Origin: Candidatus Aminicenantes bacterium
GTDB taxonomy: Bacteria > Acidobacteriota > Aminicenantia > Aminicenantales > Aminicenantaceae
Direction of reading: 5' to 3'
NCBI GenBank assembly: GCA_014727835.1
Contig: WJMT01000068.1
Location: forward strand, 12,327 to 76,326
DNA length: 64,000 bases
Both the position numbers and the translations under genes were made by a program. This document shows, one piece after another, positions 1 to 8,045 of this stretch (its first letter is position 1; the number at the start of each line of letters is the position of its first letter). The notes beneath the pieces were generated by a model. The model worked only from the letters and a program-made list of their open reading frames with translations, did no database searches and was not told the DNA's origin.

Positions 1-1436
1 CCTTTTCTCTCTCTTTCAATTCGAGCCAATACATCAGAAGTGATATCGTCTGTAGGATAGTGTCCCTCAAAGCAAGCTCCACAAAATTCGGTGAGATTAG
101 GATTTTCCATTTGAACAGCTTTTTTTAAGCAATCCAGAGGCTGGTAGATCACTTTATCCGCATTGATCTTTTTTGCCACCTGTTCTTTGCTCAAGTCCCT
201 GGCTACAAATTCTGTATGGGTCTGCATGTCAATACCGTAAACACAAGGAAATCTCAACGGCGGAGAGTAAGACGCAAAGAAGACTTTTTTTGCACCACAC
301 GCTCTTGCCATCTCAATAATAGACCGGGAAGTATTCCCCCTCACAATGCTGTCATCCACAATCAATACATTTTTATTCTTAAATTCTGAAGTGATGGGAT
401 TGAGTTTCTGTTTGATGGAAGATCTCCGTGATTTCTCAGAAGGCATGATAAAAGTCCTTCCAATATATCTGTTTTTCACCAAGGCTTCTCTGTATTTGAG
501 ACCGAGCTTTCGGGAAATCTCAATGGCTGCATCCCTTGCAGAGTCAGGGACAGGGATCACCACATCTATGTTCAGATCATGTTTCTTGATTTCTTCCGCT
601 AACAAACGTCCCAAGTTGATGCGGCATTTGTAAACATTGACCCCATCTATGATCGAATCAGGCCGGGCAAAATAAACCCATTCAAAAAGACAGGGAGTGT
701 GATGTTTTGTCTGGATTCTTGTCTTGTGCAGTTTTCTATTGTTATCTAAAAAGAGAATTTCTCCGGGCTTGACATCCTTGATATTTGTGAAATTCATGAG
801 ATTCAGGCTCACACTTTCCGAGGCAAAAGCATAAGAACGAAGGAGTCCGTCCTCGCGTTCCCCGTAAACCAAGGGTTTGATCCCAAAAGGGTCTCTAAAG
901 GCCACCAGTCCCAATTCAGCAATATAAGCCACTACTGAATAGCTTCCCCTGACTTTCTCAAAAACACCTTTGACCGCCTTAAAGATATGATGGGGCTTTA
1001 ATGTTTTGGTTTTCTGTTTGTCTAACTCACTGGCAAACACATTGAGAATGACCTCTACGTCATTATCAGAATTGAGTATGCGGCGGTACTTTTCAAAAAG
1101 CTCTGTTTTCAGCTCCGAATAATTCACCACATTCCCGTTGTGCGCCATGATGATGCCAAATGGAGAATTCACAAAAAAAGGCTGCGCGTCCTCGCCCCCT
1201 CCTCCTCCAATAGTAGGATACCGGGTGTGGCCGATACCAATGTTTCCTTTCAATCTGCGGACATTTTCTTGATCAAATATATCGATCACCAGTCCGTTTC
1301 CTTTTTTGGTGTGGAAACGGCCGTCATATGTCACAATACCAGCTGAATCTTGACCTCTGTGCTGGATAGCCAGTATCCCCTGGTACAGATCTTCAAACAC
1401 ATCGTTCGAACCATAAATTCCAATGATTCCACACAT
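1..1436 (-). CDS. purF: amidophosphoribosyltransferase (PurF); the C-terminal end runs off the left edge of the window
   Basis: Minus-strand translation from the ATG at 1436-1434 reads MCGIIGIYGSNDVFEDLYQGILAIQHRGQDSAGIVTYDG... (Cys2 Ntn amidotransferase). Near position 1 it reads EFCGACFEGHYPTDD (PurF C-terminal Cys motif). It is absent from the ORF track because there is no stop inside the window. Confidence 0.92.
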   Translation of the reverse strand, partial: MCGIIGIYGSNDVFEDLYQGILAIQHRGQDSAGIVTYDGRFHTKKGNGLVIDIFDQENVRRLKGNIGIGHTRYPTIGGGGGEDAQPFFVNSPFGIIMAHNGNVVNYSELKTELFEKYRRILNSDNDVEVILNVFASELDKQKTKTLKPHHIFKAVKGVFEKVRGSYSVVAYIAELGLVAFRDPFGIKPLVYGEREDGLLRSYAFASESVSLNLMNFTNIKDVKPGEILFLDNNRKLHKTRIQTKHHTPCLFEWVYFARPDSIIDGVNVYKCRINLGRLLAEEIKKHDLNIDVVIPVPDSARDAAIEISRKLGLKYREALVKNRYIGRTFIMPSEKSRRSSIKQKLNPITSEFKNKNVLIVDDSIVRGNTSRSIIEMARACGAKKVFFASYSPPLRFPCVYGIDMQTHTEFVARDLSKEQVAKKINADKVIYQPLDCLKKAVQMENPNLTEFCGACFEGHYPTDDITSDVLARIERERK

Positions 1437-1487
1437 GCCATCACTCTGTCAAAACTTACTTTGTATTATAACCTATAATTGCATTTT

Positions 1488-1626
1488 GGGGAAATCAGCC
1501 TGCAGTAAATTGAAACACAAATCAAACATAAAGAGATAGACATTGTCTGATGAAAAGAAATCAAAAGAGAATCAATCACAAGATAATGGATGGGAGTGCA
1601 GGCTGATTTTATGAATGATACACATC
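1488..1626. repeat. 139-bp repeat unit, copy 1 (MITE-like, 13-nt terminal inverted repeats)
   Basis: 135/139 nt are identical to 1747-1885. The TIRs are AAATCAGCCTGCA (1492-1504) and TGCAGGCTGATTT (1597-1609). No coding-like ORF. Confidence 0.85.
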
Positions 1627-1739
1627 CATGTGTGTTATTCACGAGTCGAGATTGCTGCAGATGCGAGGCACGAGACATGAAGACGTGGTCCTTCACTTCG
1701 AATGTCTCGTAACAAAGCAGATGCGGTGAGATCGACTCG
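1613..1739. repeat. cluster of nested inverted repeats (candidate structured RNA or terminator region)
   Basis: 13-nt arms at 1613-1625 and 1628-1640. CGAGTCGA (1642-1649) pairs with TCGACTCG (1732-1739). ACGAGACAT (1670-1678) pairs with ATGTCTCGT (1702-1710). GAAG (1679-1682) pairs with CTTC (1691-1694). GCAGATGCG is directly repeated at 1657-1665 and 1717-1725. Confidence 0.6.
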
Positions 1740-1746
1740 CCTGAAA

Positions 1747-1885
1747 GGGAAAATCAGCCTGCAGTAAATTGAAACACAAATCAAACATAAAGAGATAGAC
1801 ATTGTCTGATAACAAGAAACCAAAAGAGAATCAATCACAAGATAATGGATGGGAGTGCAGGCTGATTTTATGAATGATACACATC
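1747..1885. repeat. 139-bp repeat unit, copy 2; overlaps the 3' end of the rmd-like CDS
   Basis: 135/139 nt are identical to 1488-1626. TIRs lie at 1751-1763 and 1856-1868. Positions 1868-1885 encode DVYHS plus the stop of the upstream gene. Confidence 0.85.
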
Positions 1886-2818
1886 GCGCCAGTATTGGAG
1901 TAAGTCCAAAACACTCTGCTCAATAGGGATTTCAGGAGCCCAGGATATTTCATTTTTGATTTTCTGGTTATCCCCAACCAAAACCGGAATATCAAATTTC
2001 CTGATTCTGGCTTCATCCGCCTCCACATCTATTTTGACCCTTGCGGCTTCCAAAAGGATATCCAAAATTCGATTCAAGGAGATCGCTTCGCCAGAGCAAA
2101 TATTATAGAGCTCTCCTTTTTTTCCCTTTTTTAAAAGAGAATCATAGGCTCTGACCACATCTCTGACATCAACAAAATCTCTCTTCACCTTAACATTTCC
2201 CACTTTTATCAGCGGTGGAGAGAGCCCTGCTTCCATTCTTGCTATTTGACTGGCCCAGTCAGAGCATACAAAATCAGGACTCTGGCCTGGTCCTGTATGA
2301 GGAAAAGACCTGGCAATAACAATATCCAAATCCTCAATTTGATGGTAAAACCGGCATAAATTCTCTCCGCTCAGCTTACTGAACGCATAAGGACTCACAG
2401 GATTGACAGAATCAGATTCAATCAAAGGATGGAATTTTGAATGGAGAAGACCATAGACCTCTGAGGAGCTGACAAAAAGGACCCTAGCCTGAGGAGCTTG
2501 TTTTCTCACGGCTTCTAAAAGAAAAAAGGTCCCTGTCACATTGACCTCAAAGGTCTCCTTTCTTTTCTTCCATGACTGACCCACATTAGAGATGGCAGCA
2601 AAATGGAACACATAATCTGGTTGAGAAGAACCGATGAGGTCCTCTATGTCTTTTTCACAGCGGATATCTGTCCTCTTGACTTGACATTTTAAAGAGACCT
2701 GTTCGAAGCGGGGCTCATCAGGAAAACAGATCCCATAAATCTCCCATTCAGGATCTTTCAAGTTATTGAGAAAATGAGACCCTACAAATCCTGTGGCTCC
2801 AGTGACAAATATCCTCAA
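1868..2818 (-). CDS. NAD-dependent epimerase/dehydratase, GDP-4-dehydro-6-deoxy-D-mannose reductase (Rmd)-like
   Basis: RIFVTGATGFVGSHF Rossmann motif and SPYAFSKLSGE (YxxxK). It is a paralogue of the adjacent Gmd. The ORF-track ATG at 2890 would overlap gmd by 70 nt. A TTG at 2818, 3 nt after the gmd stop, gives the usual N-terminus (M)RIFVTGATG. Confidence 0.7.
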   Translation of the reverse strand: MRIFVTGATGFVGSHFLNNLKDPEWEIYGICFPDEPRFEQVSLKCQVKRTDIRCEKDIEDLIGSSQPDYVFHFAAISNVGQSWKKRKETFEVNVTGTFFLLEAVRKQAPQARVLFVSSSEVYGLLHSKFHPLIESDSVNPVSPYAFSKLSGENLCRFYHQIEDLDIVIARSFPHTGPGQSPDFVCSDWASQIARMEAGLSPPLIKVGNVKVKRDFVDVRDVVRAYDSLLKKGKKGELYNICSGEAISLNRILDILLEAARVKIDVEADEARIRKFDIPVLVGDNQKIKNEISWAPEIPIEQSVLDLLQYWRDVYHS

Positions 2819-2820
2819 TT

Positions 2821-3777
2821 TCAGACTCGATCCCTCCAGAAATCCAGCAGATCTTTCAAAGACTGAATGAATGGGATCTCTGGTTCCCATCCAGTGATCT
2901 TTCTGAATTTGGTGCTGTCCGAAAGCAGGATAGGCACATCAGAAGGCCTCAATCGATCCGGATCGACCTTCACTTCCACCTCATCTTTGCAAAGAGAAAG
3001 GAGCATATTCAGGATTTCTCTAATCTTATAGGCTTTTCCGGTTCCAATGTTGTAGACCTCACCTTTTTCTCCTTTTTCCAGACTCATCCAGTAAGCACGA
3101 ACCATATCTCTCACATCAGTGAAATCTCTTTTGGCATCTAGATTTCCCACAAATATGACCGGTTCCTGCTTTTTTTTCTCAATCATGGCTATCTGTTTGG
3201 CAAAATTGGAACAGATAAACACGTCTCCTCTCCTCGGACCCGTGTGATTAAAGCCTCTTGTTCTGACCGTATCCAATCCGTAACTCTTATAGTACTGGTA
3301 AGCAAGGAGATCCTGAGCCACTTTGCTCACTGCATAGGGACTCAAGGGCCTCAATCGATTATCCTCATTCATGGGCACTTCATCAGGAAAAACAAGGCCA
3401 TACTCCTCACTGGAGCCCGCGATCTGGATTCTGGGTTGGATTTCGAGACTCAACACCGCTTCAAACAAATTGATTTCTCCCAGAGCATTGATGGAAAATG
3501 TTTCCGCAGGACACTTCCATGAAGTGGGAACAAAGCTCTGGGCTGCAAGATGAAATATCCGGTCTGGTTTGATCTGAGAAAGGGCTTTCTTCAAAGACAC
3601 CAAATCTTTCAAATCCGCTTCATAGAGATGAATTTTATCCAAAACATGAGAGATGTTATCTTTCCGGCTTCTCCACCTAATGAATCCAAAGATTTCAACA
3701 TCCTTATGCTCTGCCAGCAGATAATCAGCAAGATGGCTTCCTGCAAATCCTGTGATCCCAGTGATCAGTACTTTCAT
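2821..3777 (-). CDS. gmd: GDP-mannose 4,6-dehydratase (short type)
   Basis: MKVLITGITGFAGSHLADYLL, SPYAVSKVAQD, NHTGPRRG and GNLDAKRDFTDVRD motifs. Confidence 0.75.
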   Translation of the reverse strand: MKVLITGITGFAGSHLADYLLAEHKDVEIFGFIRWRSRKDNISHVLDKIHLYEADLKDLVSLKKALSQIKPDRIFHLAAQSFVPTSWKCPAETFSINALGEINLFEAVLSLEIQPRIQIAGSSEEYGLVFPDEVPMNEDNRLRPLSPYAVSKVAQDLLAYQYYKSYGLDTVRTRGFNHTGPRRGDVFICSNFAKQIAMIEKKKQEPVIFVGNLDAKRDFTDVRDMVRAYWMSLEKGEKGEVYNIGTGKAYKIREILNMLLSLCKDEVEVKVDPDRLRPSDVPILLSDSTKFRKITGWEPEIPFIQSLKDLLDFWRDRV

Positions 3778-3869
3778 TATTCCTCCTTTTCAATAACCTG
3801 GACGATTCATAAAAATAACGAGGTGTCTCTCATTCCTTTCAATGGTGCTTTTCTGTCCTCTGCAGAGAG

Positions 3870-6011
3870 CTAAAATCCAAATCCTCCCAGAAAATTTTGA
3901 GTCCTTCCAATATTCCCCAGCTCCAGCGAAAAACCAAACTGGATCTCGGGCTTATCACGAAAGTAAAAGACCCTCAAATCCGCTGCAAAATCAAGGCATT
4001 GATAATGGTATACTAAAGAAGCCGCTGAATAAAGCAGCTTTTTCTCTTGAAAGTTATAATCGATCTGAGACTTAAACTCAAGAGAGGCCGCGGGGATTTT
4101 CCACCCACTGTATACACTGATCTGATGTCTGGCCCATAGAGAGCCTTCTCTATAGGGATTGATGCTTTTATACCAATTCAATCGAAGAAACAAGTCATCA
4201 TTGGGTGATCCCAGGTTAGCCCCCATCCTTATGGTTGAGAGAGTCCCATAGTACAGATTGAAGGAAGCAGAGGCATCCAGACTGTACTTGTTCGTCGGAT
4301 AGAACCTGAGGTTCCCATTGATATCTGAAAATTCCGGAATCTCCCCATCGATCCGATAGATCCTCAAAGGTCCGTCTTCAGGATTCAAATAAAAAGTCTG
4401 GCTTAATCTGAGAGATAATATTTCTCTTGGCATATCATTCTTCTTTATCAAAAACCGGTTGGTCAGGCCGTAACGAACATAATGATTGGTATAAAAATAA
4501 GTGGCTGAAATGATCTTTCCGGAATTCTCGACTGGACTATCGAATCGATAGACCAAGGAAGGCTCTATGATGTGTTTCAACTTGGGATTGCTCTCAGAAT
4601 CAAAATAGACTCTGTTGAAGACAGGTCCTATGAATTCCATATTCAAAGTATAACGGTTCAGAAAAAAGGGCTCATTGACGATTTCCTTGGTTCCTTCTTT
4701 ATAACTCTGGAAATAATACACATTACTCGAAGACAAATCTGAATTGAGAGTAAACCACGAAACACTGTTGAAGGGAAGGCTTAATTTAGGATTGAATGAG
4801 GCATATTGGGCTTTTTTTTGTGTGCCGTTCTCATAAGCCGTATCCCAGCCATACTCCCATGATTTAAACGCAGACCCAAAAGACAAGTAGAGGGGAGAAA
4901 ATAATTTAATTTTTGAGGAACTGAAAGAAACTTGTGGAAGGCTATGGCTAATGATGGATCTATCCGCTGCCCGGAAATAAGTTTCAAAACGAGACACTCG
5001 GGCATTGAAATTAAAATAAGACCAGGACCGGGTCAAATAGACCTGGGAACGTCTGTTGGCCACCACCGCCCTTCTGAAATTGTTATCAAATTCTCTCAAA
5101 AAATCAAAAGAACTCTGGTAGTCCACATCTGCTGTTAGATTGAAATTCAATGGCAAAGGATTGGAATGTTTCAACCGCAGAATATAAGCATTTTCTTCAA
5201 CATTCTGATATTCAGGATTGGTGGACCTGAAAGAGAACAACTCCATCTGGCCTCGGGATTTCTCAGAGAAAATATATCGGTACTGAAGACCTCCTCCGAA
5301 TCCGCGTTCCGAATAATAATTGAAATGAGCAGTGGCGTCCATATTTCTTCGCATCGCCCAATAAAAACCCTGCTCAAAAGTCATGCCTTTATTTCCCGAA
5401 TATCCAATACTGGGCATGAGAAAACCTGTGGACCTCTCTTCCCCTACCGGATATCTCATATAGGGAAGATAAAAAATGGGGATTTTTTTGATCCGGAATA
5501 CAGAATTCCACATCTCAATATAATCATCTTGTTTGTAGTTGCCCCTGGAACATGAAAATTTCCACCTCGGGATTTCCTGAGTGCATGAAGTGATCCATGC
5601 TTTTTTCAATTTATAAAAGTCTTCACTTTCTCTTTTCATGGATTGAGCTTCATAGGTAATGTTGGGTTGGGTTAGCCCATGGACTCGCTCCAGCTGTCCC
5701 CTGGATGTTTCAAGGTTCATTTGGATCTGTTCTGCACTGATGACTCCATCCGAAAGATGGATCGAAACGCTTCCTTCAGCGATCACATCTTTTGTTTTGA
5801 GATCCAGCTCTGCCCAATCCGCAAAAAGACGGATTTCTTTATAATGGACCTCTACATTTCCAGACGCCGTAACCTTATCATCGATTCTCTCTTTATGGTG
5901 GGCAATGATCTTTATTTGAGTCAAATCCTCATCCAGATCTGAGCCAAAGGCCACAACCACACCCGTTAATAAGAACATCACCAAAAAACAAACCGACTTT
6001 CTCAGATGCAT
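3870..6011 (-). CDS. lptD: LPS-assembly outer-membrane protein LptD (OstA family)
   Basis: Signal peptide, then an OstA-like N-domain (VTASGNVEVHYKEIRLFADWAELDLKTKDVIAEGSVSIH), then a long aromatic-rich beta-barrel ending in GGFGF. Confidence 0.85.
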   Translation of the reverse strand: MHLRKSVCFLVMFLLTGVVVAFGSDLDEDLTQIKIIAHHKERIDDKVTASGNVEVHYKEIRLFADWAELDLKTKDVIAEGSVSIHLSDGVISAEQIQMNLETSRGQLERVHGLTQPNITYEAQSMKRESEDFYKLKKAWITSCTQEIPRWKFSCSRGNYKQDDYIEMWNSVFRIKKIPIFYLPYMRYPVGEERSTGFLMPSIGYSGNKGMTFEQGFYWAMRRNMDATAHFNYYSERGFGGGLQYRYIFSEKSRGQMELFSFRSTNPEYQNVEENAYILRLKHSNPLPLNFNLTADVDYQSSFDFLREFDNNFRRAVVANRRSQVYLTRSWSYFNFNARVSRFETYFRAADRSIISHSLPQVSFSSSKIKLFSPLYLSFGSAFKSWEYGWDTAYENGTQKKAQYASFNPKLSLPFNSVSWFTLNSDLSSSNVYYFQSYKEGTKEIVNEPFFLNRYTLNMEFIGPVFNRVYFDSESNPKLKHIIEPSLVYRFDSPVENSGKIISATYFYTNHYVRYGLTNRFLIKKNDMPREILSLRLSQTFYLNPEDGPLRIYRIDGEIPEFSDINGNLRFYPTNKYSLDASASFNLYYGTLSTIRMGANLGSPNDDLFLRLNWYKSINPYREGSLWARHQISVYSGWKIPAASLEFKSQIDYNFQEKKLLYSAASLVYHYQCLDFAADLRVFYFRDKPEIQFGFSLELGNIGRTQNFLGGFGF

Positions 6012-6059
6012 TTGAACTCAAATTTAACACAACCCCCTGTTGAAATCAATACAGAGGGC

Positions 6060-6088
6060 TTGACAGGCATCTGGAATGAACCGATAAT
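6060..6088 (+). promoter_or_regulatory. sigma70-type promoter of the atpZ-I-B-E locus
   Basis: TTGACA (6060-6065), 17-nt spacer, GATAAT (6083-6088). It lies 22 nt upstream of the ATG at 6111. Confidence 0.6.
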
Positions 6089-6110
6089 AACAAGGCCAGA
6101 TGCCTTTTAT

Positions 6111-6344
6111 ATGATGCAAAAAAAACAGGAACCATCCAAAAAAGAAAACACCCGCAAAATCATCGAATTGAGTTCCATAGGGCTAGCCCTTCCCTCATCC
6201 ATAGCCATCGGGCTCTTTGCCGGTTATTTTCTCGATAAACGACTGGGTACCCATCCATGGCTACTCATTATTTTTCTTTTTTTTGGCATTGCATCCGGTA
6301 TAATATCCCTTATCAGAGGAATCAATAAATATAAAGAAGACTGA
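6111..6344 (+). CDS. AtpZ/AtpI-like small membrane protein (F0F1 accessory)
   Basis: Two TM helices: LSSIGLALPSSIAIGLFAGYFLDKRLGTHPWLLIIFLFFGIASGIISL. The ORF-track start at 6006 lies upstream of the promoter and overlaps the lptD start, so the ATG at 6111 is preferred. Confidence 0.7.
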   Translation: MMQKKQEPSKKENTRKIIELSSIGLALPSSIAIGLFAGYFLDKRLGTHPWLLIIFLFFGIASGIISLIRGINKYKED

Positions 6345-6769
6345 TGAGCGAATCAAGATCAAGCACGAAAATGAATTTGAACAATGCCAATCTTGAAGAG
6401 CAGATCCTCAAACGGATCCCCAAAGAGATCATCATTCTGTCCTTTCTTCTGTCCCTCGGGAGTTATTTTCTCTTTGACTGGCTTACAGCCTTACTATTAT
6501 TGATAGGGGGAGCCACTGCTGCCATCAGTTTTATCTGGCTTAAGCATTCCTTGATCAGAATTCTCAATCTGGAGAAAAATAAAGCCGTAAAATCAGCTGT
6601 TCTGTTTTACGGACTCAGACTCGTATTGATTATTGCAGTCATATTTATTATAATTTTCTTTTTCCAGAATAGAATATTAGCCTTTGCGGCAGGTTTTTCG
6701 ACAATCATCGTGGTGTTTCTGATTGAAGGCATTGCCGCCGCCTCTAAAATGTTAAAATGGAAGATTTAG
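6344..6769 (+). CDS. atpI: ATP synthase protein I (AtpI)
   Basis: A 141-aa protein with 4 TM helices, positioned immediately before atpB. Its ATG overlaps the stop of the previous gene (ATGA). Confidence 0.7.
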   Translation: MSESRSSTKMNLNNANLEEQILKRIPKEIIILSFLLSLGSYFLFDWLTALLLLIGGATAAISFIWLKHSLIRILNLEKNKAVKSAVLFYGLRLVLIIAVIFIIIFFFQNRILAFAAGFSTIIVVFLIEGIAAASKMLKWKI

Positions 6770-7503
6770 AACACAGTCTATACATTGTAGAGCTGTTTAA
6801 CAAAATATTTGCCAAACCCCTTGCTTGGATACTGTCTTTATTTGGAATACAGATAAAAAACCCCGAACATTTCATCCCTAACACTGTAGTGATGTGCATC
6901 ATTGCAGCTACAGCGCTCATTATCTTTTTCTTTATTGCTTCCAAAAAATTACAGCTTGTTCCGTCTAAAATTCAAAGTTTTTTAGAATTATTGTACAAAG
7001 CCTTTGAAAACCAACTGATTGAAATCATAGGACAGCAAGGAAGTCAATACGTCCCTCTCGTGGCCACTATTGGAATCTTTATTTTCACCAGTAACCTTCT
7101 CGGCCTCATACCAGGGTTGATGTCTCCCACCAGCAATCTGAATGTAACCGCAGCTTGTGCTCTGGTTGTTTTTGTTTACTACCACTGGCAAGGCGTCAAA
7201 AGCCAAGGTATACTCAAATATCTCAAACATTTTTTTGGCCCCATACCTTTTTTAGCTCCCTTAATGCTGCCCATTGAGATCATCAGCCACTTTTCGCGGG
7301 TGGTTTCCTTGTCTATCCGTCTTTTTGGGAACATATTTGCAGAAGAACTTCTCATTGTGGTCATGATTTCTATCATCCCCTTCTTTCTTCCTCTTCCATT
7401 CATGGCCGTGGCCATTTTCACTGCCTTTATCCAAGCGTTTGTTTTTGTTATGTTGACTTGCATTTATCTGGCTGGAGCTGTTGCCCAGGAGGAAGAACAT
7501 TAA
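6757..7503 (+). CDS. atpB: F0F1 ATP synthase subunit a
   Basis: SLSIRLFGNIFAEELL (conserved Arg helix) and a polytopic membrane protein. Confidence 0.92.
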   Translation: MEDLEHSLYIVELFNKIFAKPLAWILSLFGIQIKNPEHFIPNTVVMCIIAATALIIFFFIASKKLQLVPSKIQSFLELLYKAFENQLIEIIGQQGSQYVPLVATIGIFIFTSNLLGLIPGLMSPTSNLNVTAACALVVFVYYHWQGVKSQGILKYLKHFFGPIPFLAPLMLPIEIISHFSRVVSLSIRLFGNIFAEELLIVVMISIIPFFLPLPFMAVAIFTAFIQAFVFVMLTCIYLAGAVAQEEEH

Positions 7504-7676
7504 TCAGGATCATTCTTAAAACAGCGGATATGGACAAATTGAAATGCAAAAAATAAAAAAACAAACTTTCTTAATGCATCAAGAAAAATTATCTTTTGAG
7601 TTATCTATGGTATTTGTTATATTGTACACATCGGTCTTATTATGAATATTCCAGGTTGAATTTAAAGGAGAAAAAA

Positions 7677-8021
7677 ATGATTAAAAATTTCAAACCATTG
7701 ATTGTACTACTCTTTTTTATGGTATTGATGAGTGCACCCCTACTGGCCCAGGAAACAGAACTGTCTAACAACAGAGCTTCACTGTTCCGACTGTCCTTGA
7801 TCATAGGAGCGGCAGTGATCACTCTCGCTGCTGCAGCCGGTATTTTTGGTCAGGCCAAGGCCATAAGCAGTGCCTGCGAAGGCATTTCCCGAAATCCCAA
7901 TTCAGGCCCACATATCAGATTTTTATTGATTTTTGGCCTGGTCCTTATTGAAACTCTAGTGATTTATGCCCTTCTGATTTCCATCATTATCCTGATGGTC
8001 AAGTGGGGTCAGTACGTTTAA
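7677..8021 (+). CDS. atpE: F0F1 ATP synthase subunit c with an N-terminal signal-peptide-like extension
   Basis: An AAAGGAG RBS precedes the ATG at 7677. Contains GIFGQAKAISSACEGISRNPN (loop RNP) and LIETLVIYALL (carboxylate helix). Confidence 0.9.
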   Translation: MIKNFKPLIVLLFFMVLMSAPLLAQETELSNNRASLFRLSLIIGAAVITLAAAAGIFGQAKAISSACEGISRNPNSGPHIRFLLIFGLVLIETLVIYALLISIIILMVKWGQYV

Positions 8022-8045
8022 CCCAGACTGACTTCAGCCAAGTCC

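Noticed and set aside
1437-1867. Possible purine-related riboswitch (purine, ZTP, PRPP/ykkC-type) in the long purF upstream region
   Set aside because: I could not match the region on the minus strand to any riboswitch consensus I can recall. Most of the length is explained by the repeat copies. A cmsearch against Rfam would be needed, so no claim is made.
1488-1885. CRISPR array
   Set aside because: There are only two repeat copies, each 139 bp long with internal terminal inverted repeats and a single 120-bp spacer. There are no cas genes in the window. None of this is CRISPR-like.
1466-2028. ORF-track ORFs 1466-1696(-), 1635-1838(-) and 1831-2028(-) in the purF/rmd intergenic region
   Set aside because: They lie inside or across the duplicated 139-bp repeats and the hairpin spacer. 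Their sequences are low-complexity and Cys/Ile/Leu-rich, and partly duplicated by the repeat. They have no RBS and no recognisable domain, so I treat them as non-coding.
2819-2890. ATG at 2890 as the start of the rmd-like gene
   Set aside because: It would overlap gmd by 70 nt and add a non-conserved leader before the Rossmann motif. The TTG at 2818, right after the gmd stop, gives the standard N-terminus.
6006-6110. ATG at 6006 as the start of the AtpZ-like gene
   Set aside because: It overlaps the lptD start codon on the other strand and lies upstream of the TTGACA-17-GATAAT promoter. The added 35 residues are not membrane-protein-like.
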